DNA from: a virus
Lineage: Duplodnaviria > Caudoviricetes
Direction: 5' to 3' (one strand)
IMG/VR virus record: IMGVR_UViG_3300020045_002569
Span: 1 to 42,496 of that record
DNA: 42,496 bases
A model generated the notes under the pieces. That model saw only the letters and a list, made by a program, of their open reading frames with translations. It had not been told where the DNA came from and searched no databases. A program made the translations under genes and the position numbers. Shown one piece after another: positions 1-8,249 of this stretch (its first letter is position 1; every line of letters begins with the position of its first letter).

Positions 1-36
1 AAGTCAAATTAACTTTAGACCATATTTTTCCAGTAT

Positions 37-237
37 CTAGGGGTGGTGATATTCTTTGTTATATTGTCTAATTTTGTCTATATTTTTTTCCTTGTAGTCC
101 CGATATTGTTTATTAAGACAACTCTTACACTGCCAAAATACAAAGGTGTATGGTTTTCCACTTTGTAATTTTGTTTGAACGCGAAAGTCACTTTTTGACT
201 TCTCTATAAAACATATCTTGCATGTTCTAGTTTCCAT
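37..237 (-). CDS. small Zn-finger protein resembling the N-terminus of phage HNH-associated proteins
   Basis: CKIC...CKSC followed by a basic helix (YRDYKEKNIDKIRQYNKEY); starts 8 nt after the GroEL stop. Confidence 0.55.
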   Translation of the reverse strand: METRTCKICFIEKSKSDFRVQTKLQSGKPYTFVFWQCKSCLNKQYRDYKEKNIDKIRQYNKEYHHP

Positions 238-245
238 AATTTCTA

Positions 246-1982
246 TCAGTCAATAACGCTGCGGATTAAATTGTCGTCCCTAGTTAAACTATCCCGCTCT
301 ATTTCTTCACGATTACTAGCGAGAATTCCTTCCACTTTGGCATAAAGTCCTGCATAAAGTCGGAGCGCGTTAGCGATTTCTTCATACCCCTCGGCTGGAG
401 ACTTTTCTCTGATTTCAGGAATAATCATCTTCACTGTAATGAGATTTGAGGCACCTGATACTGCGTGCTCTACAGCAAGACGTACTACTTTAGCAGGGTC
501 GATAACCCATTCGTCTATCACTAAATTGTTATCAGCGTTTTCTTGGATTTGTTCGTAGGGTGCTAAAAGAGCGGGGCGTAGGTAGTCATCTGGGGGCAAA
601 GTCTCGGCTATTTCTTTCAAGCACAACCCACCACCCTTTACATAGCCTTCTTCTAAAGCCCCCTTGCAAGCGTTGATACCATCCTCTACTTTCTTTTTAA
701 GGTAAAATAGTTCTGATTCAGATTGTGCACCGACGCGGATTATACCCACAGCCGATGAAAGTCCAGCAATACGCCTACGGGTTAGATTTTTATCTGCTTC
801 GTCTTTCTGCTCTTCGATTTGCTTTTTAAGTGTTTCAATCCTTTGCTTTACTAGACTACCTTTACTTACAAGGGCTTCACCTTCGAGTGAGGTTAATTCT
901 TGTGTGCCTTTTCCACCGATAGCGATAGCGTCTTCACGAATGTCAGAGTCTTTGACTACTAACTTTGAAAGGAAACCTAAATCAGTCTCACGGATATTGT
1001 GTGTTTTATCTCCGTCGTCTTTGTTTATGAAACGCGCACCGGTGTAGATTGCGATGTCTTGGATTTGTTCCGTTCGGAGTGAAGGGATCTGCACGGGGTA
1101 GATATTTACAGCAGTTTTTTGTTTACTAAATCCACCTTTTCCGTCTGGTACTAACTTATAGCACACTTTAAACAATTCTTCGGCTACGTCTTTTGAAAAT
1201 CCTGGAGCGAGAATGGCTAGATTAGGATGCTTTTCTAAAAGAGGTTCAAGAAACTTTGCTACTTGAGCGACACTTTCAAGTTTATAGTTCGTCAAGACTA
1301 CTTCCACATCGTTAGCTACCATTTGAAACTTGGAAGCGTCGTTGATAAAACCCTTAGCCACAGTTTTAGCAGGGAAGCGAGCACCTTTGACCACTTCGGT
1401 TTCGATAATTCCTTTGTGGCCTTCGGTAATATCAATAAAACCATACTCGCCTATTTCCCAAGCCATACCACCGATGATCTTTCCAAGCTCTTCGCTTTCG
1501 GTTGAGACTGTAGCTATTTTAATAAGCTCTTCCTCGCTCTCTACTTTCTTGGCTACTTTCTTAATTTCTTCTACTACCCATTTGCACGTTTCCTGTAGTT
1601 TTCGCTTGATAGACATTGTATTCTGCCGACCGCCGCCGATTGTAGAGGCTTGCTGTAAATACGAGAATAGATTGTTTATGAGTGAGCCTTCTATCACAAT
1701 ACATGATGTCGTTCCGTCTCCTGCTTTGTCGTTAGTCTTTTTGGCTCCGTCCTTAAATGCTTTGGCGGCTAAATTTTCATATTCATTCAAAGGTTCAATA
1801 ACTTCCGAGCCAGTAACGCCGTCATTAGTCAAGCGATGAGAGCGACCATACACTCCGTAGGTTAGGAAGTTTGACCCCGAGGGGCCGATAGTCCGGCGGA
1901 TAGGTTCGTATATTGCGTTCACTCCTCGTAAGATTGCACTGCGGGCTTCGTTGTCTAACAAAGTTTTCGTTGGCCTATTCAT
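246..1982 (-). CDS. groEL: group I chaperonin, GroEL-like (copy A, divergent)
   Basis: TIGPSG, LTNDGVT, AGDGTTS, IIRVGAQSESE, KKKVEDGINA, EEGYVKGGG, VIDPAKVVRLAVEHA motifs; no GGM tail, charged C-terminal extension. Confidence 0.93.
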   Translation of the reverse strand: MNRPTKTLLDNEARSAILRGVNAIYEPIRRTIGPSGSNFLTYGVYGRSHRLTNDGVTGSEVIEPLNEYENLAAKAFKDGAKKTNDKAGDGTTSCIVIEGSLINNLFSYLQQASTIGGGRQNTMSIKRKLQETCKWVVEEIKKVAKKVESEEELIKIATVSTESEELGKIIGGMAWEIGEYGFIDITEGHKGIIETEVVKGARFPAKTVAKGFINDASKFQMVANDVEVVLTNYKLESVAQVAKFLEPLLEKHPNLAILAPGFSKDVAEELFKVCYKLVPDGKGGFSKQKTAVNIYPVQIPSLRTEQIQDIAIYTGARFINKDDGDKTHNIRETDLGFLSKLVVKDSDIREDAIAIGGKGTQELTSLEGEALVSKGSLVKQRIETLKKQIEEQKDEADKNLTRRRIAGLSSAVGIIRVGAQSESELFYLKKKVEDGINACKGALEEGYVKGGGLCLKEIAETLPPDDYLRPALLAPYEQIQENADNNLVIDEWVIDPAKVVRLAVEHAVSGASNLITVKMIIPEIREKSPAEGYEEIANALRLYAGLYAKVEGILASNREEIERDSLTRDDNLIRSVID

Positions 1983-2256
1983 TTTTGTTTTTTATTAAAT
2001 TGATACCATGTGGAAAAATTGCACCTCTATCTTCTTTGTTTTTCAACTTTGGCGGAAGTGCGCCATCAGTTATTTCACATTTTACACCATAAACGGTTGT
2101 TAAGTCAGATAGTTTTAATCTTTTTAGTTCATCCCTTTTGCCTGAAATTAGGAAGTCGGGTTTCGAGTCAACTCCGTTTCCAGTTAGACGAACGATCTCC
2201 TTTTCTAGCTCCTCTCGGAGTTCAAAGTCTTTTGCTTGGATTCTAGTTATTGGCAT
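1975..2256 (-). CDS. hypothetical protein overlapping the start of GroEL copy A
   Basis: 93-aa ORF, first gene after the 2266-2294 promoter; no clear GroES motifs. Confidence 0.7.
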   Translation of the reverse strand: MPITRIQAKDFELREELEKEIVRLTGNGVDSKPDFLISGKRDELKRLKLSDLTTVYGVKCEITDGALPPKLKNKEDRGAIFPHGINLIKNKNE

Positions 2257-2265
2257 ATTTTAGTT

Positions 2266-2294
2266 ATTATACCTTATTTATTAGAAAAATAAAA
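2266..2294 (-). promoter_or_regulatory. sigma70-like promoter for the GroEL-A operon
   Basis: TTTTAT-17bp-TATAAT in the intergenic gap; same position as the 41760-41798 promoter in the other allele. Confidence 0.55.
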
Positions 2295-2304
2295 CTGTGC
2301 GTAT

Positions 2305-2613
2305 CTATTTCAACATCTCTAATACAGCGTCTAAAACCTCATTCTTAGATTCTCCAGCACATCCTTCGTCCCAATCAGTCCCGTAACAAATATCTAATGA
2401 ATGAGGTATGCATTTCATTCCTTTTATCCGTTCAGCTAACTCCTCCTTATAGGCTTTGAGGATGGCTTCTTGTTCGGCAATTCTATGCTCGCAATTTTCG
2501 TGAGGAGAAGTGGTAAGTAGAGGCATTTTGCTTGAAAGTTCCGCATTTTCTTTTATGGCATTTAGTCCTCTATCGAGCCACACTTCTTCTGGCGATTTTC
2601 GTTCTTCACTCAT
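2305..2613 (-). CDS. hypothetical phage protein
   Basis: 102-aa ORF tightly packed in the operon. Confidence 0.65.
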   Translation of the reverse strand: MSEERKSPEEVWLDRGLNAIKENAELSSKMPLLTTSPHENCEHRIAEQEAILKAYKEELAERIKGMKCIPHSLDICYGTDWDEGCAGESKNEVLDAVLEMLK

Positions 2614-2615
2614 AG

Positions 2616-2637
2616 TTTATTCTTGGTTAGGGAGTAA
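2616..2637. repeat. 22-bp gene-end linker, identical to 42201-42222 (13 bp of it also at 41942-41954)
   Basis: TTTATTCTTGGTTAGGGAGTAA; encodes LLPNQE* at the end of two unrelated ORFs. Confidence 0.9.
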
Positions 2638-3222
2638 GTCGCTCCATTGGTCTGCCATAGCGTTAGCTATTCCCGTCCAAAATTTCGACCTGTTCTTTTG
2701 GCGGTCTTTGCCTCCTTTATTAAACCAGTTGCCAGCGATTTTTGTTGATTGATAATTTTTCATAACTTTTGTTGGTTTTAGTGGTGGTAGCCCTTTAAGC
2801 CAAAGACAAGTTTTCTTTGAGTAAGGGTGGCCAAATTGATAGGGCTGTATGGTCTGCGTATACGGTGGAAGTTCAAAAATCTTTGAGGGTATAGGATTTT
2901 CTACGCACACTCTATCGCAATTACTTTCTAAAAACTCCATAAAAAACTGCTTGGCGGTCAATCCTAGTATCAGTCTGTCAGTATTTAGCTTTCCTTTAGG
3001 GTAAAGGTGTACTGCTCCAGCGTTCGTGAGATAAGTGCAAGGCGGATGAGCGATAATCAAATCCCATTTCTTTTTTAGTAGCGGTAGCACATCCCCTTGT
3101 ATGTGCCACTCTGGGTGTCCACCACTTGGGGGTAGTATGTCGCAAGAGTAGGCTTCGTGTCCTTTGGCGCGGAACGCTTTGCATACTGTTTGGCTTTCTT
3201 CACACGCTACTAATACTTTCAT
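2617..3222 (-). CDS. short phage DNA (cytosine-5) methyltransferase-like protein
   Basis: VLVACEESQ SAM-binding variant, AHPPCT catalytic motif, VENP, K.TCLW, RSKFW.GIA.AMADQW. Confidence 0.85.
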   Translation of the reverse strand: MKVLVACEESQTVCKAFRAKGHEAYSCDILPPSGGHPEWHIQGDVLPLLKKKWDLIIAHPPCTYLTNAGAVHLYPKGKLNTDRLILGLTAKQFFMEFLESNCDRVCVENPIPSKIFELPPYTQTIQPYQFGHPYSKKTCLWLKGLPPLKPTKVMKNYQSTKIAGNWFNKGGKDRQKNRSKFWTGIANAMADQWSDLLPNQE

Positions 3223-3337
3223 ATCTCTCTTTATTCTCCATTAATTTTTTCCTTAATAAGTTTTATCACTGCTTCCCATCCTTTTCGCAAGCCATTCATT
3301 TCAGCAATCAATCCTGCGGGCATCTCTGTAATGTCTA
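3217..3337. repeat. 121-bp direct repeat, copy 1
   Basis: identical to 42376-42496; offset 39,159 bp. Confidence 0.97.
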
Positions 3338-3617
3338 CACCTTTTTCATAGTGCATACCATCTTCGATTTTGAACTCGTCAGTATCAAGTAGTTTTAGTA
3401 TCCTCTCTCTTTCGTTAGCTCTTATGGCGGAGGCGAAGGAGAGCATTTTAATCCAAATTGACGGATTAAAATTATTGTAACAATTTAGTATAAGAGATTG
3501 TGTTGGCGAGTATGGAGTAAACTCATCAAGAGGGTCAAGCGTATTTAACAGGCTTTGAAATTTAGTTTCGTATTCTTGTTTTATCTCCTCTATCAACTTT
3601 TCTTCTAGTTCGTTCAT
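3231..3617 (-). CDS. hypothetical phage protein
   Basis: 128-aa ORF; its 3' end is duplicated at the window end. Confidence 0.7.
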   Translation of the reverse strand: MNELEEKLIEEIKQEYETKFQSLLNTLDPLDEFTPYSPTQSLILNCYNNFNPSIWIKMLSFASAIRANERERILKLLDTDEFKIEDGMHYEKGVDITEMPAGLIAEMNGLRKGWEAVIKLIKEKINGE

Positions 3618-3826
3618 TTGGGTTTGGATTTAGGGGGAAGCTGGTAGGAGATGGTGCAGGGCAAGAAAGTTTGATAAGTGTGGTTTCCGTTAAGCATAGC
3701 GTCTCCAATTTCTTGTGTTGGTACAATTATAAATTCGCCAAATGATTCTCTTACTGCGTGTCTTTCATTTTGTTTTAGATATAGAATCCACGCCTTCACT
3801 ACCTTCCCTTTGTTCTTTGTGGTCAT
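3614..3826 (-). CDS. hypothetical protein
   Basis: 70-aa ORF with ATGA overlap to the next gene. Confidence 0.65.
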   Translation of the reverse strand: MTTKNKGKVVKAWILYLKQNERHAVRESFGEFIIVPTQEIGDAMLNGNHTYQTFLPCTISYQLPPKSKPK

Positions 3827-3832
3827 AGAGTG

Positions 3833-4264
3833 TTATTTATACTTTAATGAGTTTGCATACTTTTCATTTACCATAGGATTTTTCCCGCAATCTTCGTGGC
3901 CTTCGTCTTTCATTTCTCCATCGCACATACAGATTGAATCCTCGTCCGCCATTACTATTTCGTACAATTCTTCTACAGTTTTGTCTTTAATGAAATCCTT
4001 TACATATTCTCCACAACTTGTAAGCCACCCATATCTCGATGATGTTCCCCACTCAATCACATTACCTTTATCAAAAGCATTTATGAGAAGCCACGTTACA
4101 GTATCGCCAAGTTTATCCTCGAGTATTTTGTGGTCGTAACTTCGCCCGTCCTCTAGGCTATCAAAAAACACCTTAACAACTTTTAGTATAGGAAATTCAC
4201 CAGAACCATATCCTGCCCCAAATACTCGACTTTCCCAATCCTTGAATTGCAGTGCTTCTTTCAT
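3833..4264 (-). CDS. hypothetical protein
   Basis: 143-aa ORF in operon context. Confidence 0.75.
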   Translation of the reverse strand: MKEALQFKDWESRVFGAGYGSGEFPILKVVKVFFDSLEDGRSYDHKILEDKLGDTVTWLLINAFDKGNVIEWGTSSRYGWLTSCGEYVKDFIKDKTVEELYEIVMADEDSICMCDGEMKDEGHEDCGKNPMVNEKYANSLKYK

Positions 4265-4320
4265 TTCTTTTCCACTATTACTTGTAATGTCATCTTTTTT
4301 ATTTGTTATCGGGGAACACT

Positions 4321-4522
4321 GGCAAATGTGGCGGGAGGGAGAAAGGGGGTAGAGGTAGAGTACTACTTACCTCATTTGCGTTTTTTAAACACCCTCCTTT
4401 AATCCCCCTCTCGACACACTTGCCTTTTGTTGTGGGCGGGAGGGGAGCCACTAACCTCAACTTGGTGAGGCTAGCTAATATGTGCCACGTTCGCACACTT
4501 CTACGCCCCCTTCCACCCGCAA
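4321..4522 (-). ncRNA. candidate structured RNA with two multibranch domains
   Basis: long closing stems (GGCAAGUGUG/CACAUUUGCC; UUGCGGGUGGAAGGGG/CCCCUCCCGCCCACAA), each enclosing two hairpins; several mismatches read as G-U on the minus strand. Confidence 0.55.
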
Positions 4523-4535
4523 CTTTGATAATGAG

Positions 4536-4730
4536 CTACATTTGCCCGATAATAGTCAAAGCTATCCAAATATATGTTATCCAAGTAGCTACTTTTTGAA
4601 CCTGAGACCTATCCTTGTAAGCTAGTTTTTCTGATATTGCTGTAACGATGATTGATGCGATTGCAAAGAATCCGATGACTATGTAGGTTGTTTCTTCCAT
4701 GTTATTTATTTTTTGTATTATTACGAGCAT
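4536..4730 (-). CDS. small two-TM membrane protein (true start may be the ATG at 4700)
   Basis: two hydrophobic helices. Confidence 0.6.
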   Translation of the reverse strand: MLVIIQKINNMEETTYIVIGFFAIASIIVTAISEKLAYKDRSQVQKVATWITYIWIALTIIGQM

Positions 4731-4836
4731 CCGAGACTTTTTTCATTATCTCAGAACGCTTTTTCTTGTTAATTTTCGACCATTTTATTGTTGCTGCTCT
4801 GCGAGCATTTTCTGATACAGTCAGTTGTTTTTTCAT
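4702..4836 (-). CDS. small basic protein (44 aa; not in the ORF track)
   Basis: translated by eye: MKKQLTVSENARRAATIKWSKINKKKRSEIMKKVSDARNNTKNK; fills the gap between neighbours. Confidence 0.55.
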   Translation of the reverse strand: MKKQLTVSENARRAATIKWSKINKKKRSEIMKKVSDARNNTKNK

Positions 4837-4837
4837 A

Positions 4838-4981
4838 TTATTTCTCCCAGCATTTACCACACGCCCCGTCTCCGTCGGCATACTCTTTTCGACTTATGAG
4901 TTCACCACAGACAACACAGGCTAGTAATTCTATTTTGCTAAAGGCTTCACTTATTTTTTCCTTAAGTTCTTCTTTGTTCAT
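4838..4981 (-). CDS. small Zn-finger protein (47 aa; not in the ORF track)
   Basis: MNKEELKEKISEAFSKIELLACVVCGELISRKEYADGDGACGKCWEK; ATG lies just after the 4988-5031 promoter, so probably leaderless. Confidence 0.6.
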   Translation of the reverse strand: MNKEELKEKISEAFSKIELLACVVCGELISRKEYADGDGACGKCWEK

Positions 4982-4987
4982 AATCTA

Positions 4988-5031
4988 AGTATATCATATA
5001 AATATCTATCGTGCAAGCATGATGGGGATAA
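4988..5031 (-). promoter_or_regulatory. promoter with a DnaA-box-like site
   Basis: TTATCCCCA-6bp-TTGCAC-17bp-TATACT. Confidence 0.75.
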
Positions 5032-5349
5032 CTACAGTCCTAGCTCTATTACGTCATCAATACTTCGCACGACATAATATTCCCCGCCAGCTTCTTTGCA
5101 CATTCTTTCAAACTCCTTTTGATTTTCCGATTGTTTGGTTTTAGGTTGTTTCACTTCGAGGCCGATATACCAGCCGTCTTTTATTATTTCAATATCGGGG
5201 CGTCCCTTGAGAGCGTATTTGGGCATAGAGCGAAAGCGTGGATTGCCTTTATCAAATTGGAATATTGGTGTGTTGTTGTTACGCCAGAAAAAAACTTTGC
5301 GGTGGGCTAAGTAGTCGCATATTGCTCGTTGTATATCAGATTCACTCAT
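5032..5349 (-). CDS. VRR-NUC domain nuclease (resolvase-like)
   Basis: E.DIQ.AI..YL, GRPDI, LEVK.PK.KQSENQ..F, YYVVRSIDD. Confidence 0.88.
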   Translation of the reverse strand: MSESDIQRAICDYLAHRKVFFWRNNNTPIFQFDKGNPRFRSMPKYALKGRPDIEIIKDGWYIGLEVKQPKTKQSENQKEFERMCKEAGGEYYVVRSIDDVIELGL

Positions 5350-5548
5350 AAATCTTTTTTAGTTCTTGGTCTTTTCCAAGATAAGCGGGTATTCCATAAT
5401 ACAAACAAGTTTCTTTGTGATACTCCACAAATTCTGGTTCCATAGCACCTTCTTTTGACATTGTACCGATTATTAAATCCATATCATCAAGATAATCTTT
5501 ATCTTGGAGTATGAAATATTTACCTTTGTAGTCAACTTTATCAAGCAT
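5342..5548 (-). CDS. hypothetical protein
   Basis: 68-aa ORF overlapping both neighbours. Confidence 0.6.
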   Translation of the reverse strand: MLDKVDYKGKYFILQDKDYLDDMDLIIGTMSKEGAMEPEFVEYHKETCLYYGIPAYLGKDQELKKIYE

Positions 5549-5852
5549 AAAAAGCGTCGAGATAATTCCGATAATGTTCCCAGTTTTTCGCTTTGCTTAT
5601 ATCCGCAATCTCTTGGTCTGTAGCTCGGTGGAGAGCAATCCACTCATTTTTGCGTTTATCGAGGCTTTTACCGAGGTGGTGCTCCCAGCATAAATCTAAA
5701 ATCGCCCAATCTTCTTGTAGTTGCTTTCCTTTAAAATACATAGCGTGTTCTTTGGTCATTCTGCCAGAACATCCACCATCTTTTATACGCATACAAACTG
5801 GCTTTGGTTGCTTCGACCACTTTTCTTTAAGATGTTTAGGGGTGTTGTTCAC
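5541..5852 (-). CDS. HNH-like Zn-binding nin-region protein
   Basis: C..(x7)C.GR.T.EH...LC..HH pattern; GTG start. Confidence 0.6.
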   Translation of the reverse strand: MNNTPKHLKEKWSKQPKPVCMRIKDGGCSGRMTKEHAMYFKGKQLQEDWAILDLCWEHHLGKSLDKRKNEWIALHRATDQEIADISKAKNWEHYRNYLDAFYA

Positions 5853-5862
5853 TTTATTCTTC

Positions 5863-6033
5863 TTAAGTATTGAGAATTAGTTTCTTTATTACGTTTAGTC
5901 TTTCTAACATGACAATTAGGGCATGTTCTATCGTGATACGGCCATCACAGCCCCCGTCTTTTAGCCTTGCACATGTTTTGTAGTACGGGTCTTCGGCTAT
6001 CTCTGCTCTAAGTTTTGTGGGAATTTTTCTCAT
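5863..6033 (-). pseudogene. truncated paralog of 5541-5852 (56 aa)
   Basis: CARLKDGGCDGRITIEHA versus CMRIKDGGCSGRMTKEHA, then unrelated sequence and an early stop. Confidence 0.65.
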
Positions 6034-6818
6034 ACTAAATTATAAACTCCAGCTAATCTTCTAGCGTTTTCTAACGTACCGAAGTGTCGAGCAAACGTAG
6101 TGTAGTGTGGTAACATGCCTTCTCCTAAATCAGAATATCTAGGTATGCGTCGTGTTTCTTGTGTCCGTAATGATAAATATTCAAGCAGTATTTCTGAATT
6201 ATATTTATGTATAACAAATGGTGAAGAATTATTTGACGGCACTTTCTTTTCTAGTCCAGCCATCTTTAGTGCATTTTCCCATGTCTTGAAAGTTCTGCGA
6301 ATCAAATGCCAATATCGTTCACCAAATTCGTATCTTCTAAATTCTGTAAGGGATGGGACGTGACCAATTTCCTGTTCTACTTGAAAAATCTTTGAAAGTA
6401 TCTGGTCTGGACATGAACCACGTTTGTTTTTTACTTCCAACCTCAAATCTTGTTTGCGAGACCTTCGTATTTCTGTAGAGTTCTTATCACTTGAAAGAGC
6501 TTTTGCGGTGGCAAGTTCTCTAATCTTGATTCTTTTGGCTTCGTCAAATTTAAGTAAGTACGCCTCTCTTTTTTCCTTTGAGTAAACTGGGGAAACAAGT
6601 TTTGATTTTCGTGCTAAGCCAAATTTTTCTTTATAATCAGCTTGTTCCATCTGATGTTTGCCACGAATGTGAAAAATTAAATTTTTTCCCAAAAAACCAC
6701 AAATATGGCACTGGATTTTGGTCATATCCTCGGTTCCACTGATACATCCATAATAACCGAAGCCGAACTCTTTTGGTATTTCTCTTAGTGGCTCTTTGTA
6801 ATTATAAACAATGGTCAT
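6030..6818 (-). CDS. Ros/MucR-like Zn finger plus homing-endonuclease-associated repeats
   Basis: IQCHICG..HIRGKHQM...YKEKFGL; two repeats ending F.TW/LENA...AG. Confidence 0.7.
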   Translation of the reverse strand: MTIVYNYKEPLREIPKEFGFGYYGCISGTEDMTKIQCHICGFLGKNLIFHIRGKHQMEQADYKEKFGLARKSKLVSPVYSKEKREAYLLKFDEAKRIKIRELATAKALSSDKNSTEIRRSRKQDLRLEVKNKRGSCPDQILSKIFQVEQEIGHVPSLTEFRRYEFGERYWHLIRRTFKTWENALKMAGLEKKVPSNNSSPFVIHKYNSEILLEYLSLRTQETRRIPRYSDLGEGMLPHYTTFARHFGTLENARRLAGVYNLV

Positions 6819-7089
6819 CTCTTGTTTTTTTATTTTTTATAAATTTAACAAAACTCGCCCAGTGTTCTTTGCCTATCCATCCACATTCCATTGACTCGTC
6901 AATATCATAAACTTCATCCACCTCTTTTCCGTCTGCTAGTTTAGTGAATCGCCTGCGTTGCTCGTCATACCACGCACTCCACTCTGGGGATTCAGTAATT
7001 GTTTTCCAAAAGGAAGAATGCCCGTCTTTACATCCAGGACAAGACTTCCAATAGTGTCCACTTTCTTTACTTACTTGTTGCTTTTTCAT
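6802..7089 (-). CDS. hypothetical protein
   Basis: 95 aa, CPGC motif, coupled to neighbours. Confidence 0.65.
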   Translation of the reverse strand: MKKQQVSKESGHYWKSCPGCKDGHSSFWKTITESPEWSAWYDEQRRRFTKLADGKEVDEVYDIDESMECGWIGKEHWASFVKFIKNKKTRDDHCL

Positions 7090-7553
7090 ATATTTCTAAA
7101 AATAAATCCATCAAGATACACATTAGTGATATCGAGAGCTAATTGTGGGTCTTTTCGACATAGATATTTCACAACCTTACCTGTAGCCCTTGTCTTTTTT
7201 TCTTTTGTCAACTTTTTGCCAAAATACTTTAGAACAATTTTGGCAACCAAAACTTCAACGTCTTTGTGGATAGCACGTCCAGAAAATCGCTCAAAAGTCC
7301 ACCCCTGTGCTTCTAGTCGAGTTTGTCTATATTTATCTCTCATTTTTTGGTCAGGTGTCGAATGAAACTCATAACCATCTGCTTCTATCGCCAACTTAAT
7401 CTCAGGGAAAGCCAAGTCTATAAAAAATGGTGCGACTGGATATTGGGTTTGTGGTTCAAGACCATACTCTTTAAATTCTTGATACAGTTTTTCCTCAATA
7501 GGAGAGTCGGTACGATTATCTACCCTTAATATATTATTTATTCGTTTCATCAT
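7086..7553 (-). CDS. DUF559/Vsr-like endonuclease
   Basis: SPIEEKLY, QYPV..FFIDLAF, LAIEADG.EFH, RD..R...LEAQGW...RFSG. Confidence 0.85.
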   Translation of the reverse strand: MMKRINNILRVDNRTDSPIEEKLYQEFKEYGLEPQTQYPVAPFFIDLAFPEIKLAIEADGYEFHSTPDQKMRDKYRQTRLEAQGWTFERFSGRAIHKDVEVLVAKIVLKYFGKKLTKEKKTRATGKVVKYLCRKDPQLALDITNVYLDGFIFRNI

Positions 7554-8238
7554 TTTTTATAAGTTTATTTAACTTCCAGAGAAACATTTTCCACTTTAGT
7601 TCTTTATTGGGATAGTCAAGACAAAATGCAAGTGATGGGTTTATGAGTTTTGGATATTTTTTAGCAAGACGAATACACTCAGCTTTTTTATTTATGGGCG
7701 CACCAGTTTTTTCAAAAACCTCAAGACCAAGAAATTGGTAGTCATACTGTATTCCTTTAGAGTCAAGTTCTTCTAAAAGATTTTCAACTATGTCACCTTT
7801 AGGTGGAGCATTATTACTAATCTTATCTACTCTAGGCTCTTCTATCCTATCCTTACCTATCCTATCCTGCGTCGCCAATTGGTGTACCACTGGTATACCT
7901 TCGGTATACGAGCCATTTTCCTTAGTAATTAAGCCGTTTTTTGCCTCAAGATACTTTGTTTCTTTGTATCTGTCGCCTCGCAAGTAGTTATTTATTTTCC
8001 AGTGTTTTATCACCAAAAGGCCATTATTAAAAGACAATAGGAAGCGTTTTGTAAACAAAATCTTCAAATCATCACTCGAAGTGCTGGTCATTCGAGATAT
8101 AGTTTTGGCGTTATCTACAAAACCGTCATCGTCTGCCTCCATTCCTAGTTGAAAGTAAAGAAGTTGTGAACTCACTGGCATATCCAAAAATGCGTCCGAG
8201 CGTACTATTTCTTTACTAAACATTCGTCTTGTTGCCAT
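7534..8238 (-). CDS. phage replication initiator (replisome-organiser type); start re-assigned to MATRRMF
   Basis: MA.RRMFSK.IV.SD.FLDMP.SSQLLYF.LGM.ADDDGF and VIKHWKINNY motifs; internal CTATC repeats (DRIGKDRI) at 7841-7868. Confidence 0.88.
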   Translation of the reverse strand: MATRRMFSKEIVRSDAFLDMPVSSQLLYFQLGMEADDDGFVDNAKTISRMTSTSSDDLKILFTKRFLLSFNNGLLVIKHWKINNYLRGDRYKETKYLEAKNGLITKENGSYTEGIPVVHQLATQDRIGKDRIEEPRVDKISNNAPPKGDIVENLLEELDSKGIQYDYQFLGLEVFEKTGAPINKKAECIRLAKKYPKLINPSLAFCLDYPNKELKWKMFLWKLNKLIKNDETNK

Positions 8239-8249
8239 ATATTTTACGA

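Noticed and set aside
1975-2256. groES call for the ORF before GroEL-A
   Set aside because: Lacks the PL.DRV, mobile-loop GI.L and GD.V.F..Y.G.E motifs; left as hypothetical
3217-3337. attL/attR or physical terminal repeat
   Set aside because: No integrase; the repeat lies within a gene end, and the flank 1-3216 is phage-like rather than host DNA
7841-7868. CTATC tandem repeats as a novel element
   Set aside because: Such repeats in the linker of phage initiator genes are common (possible origin iterons); ordinary
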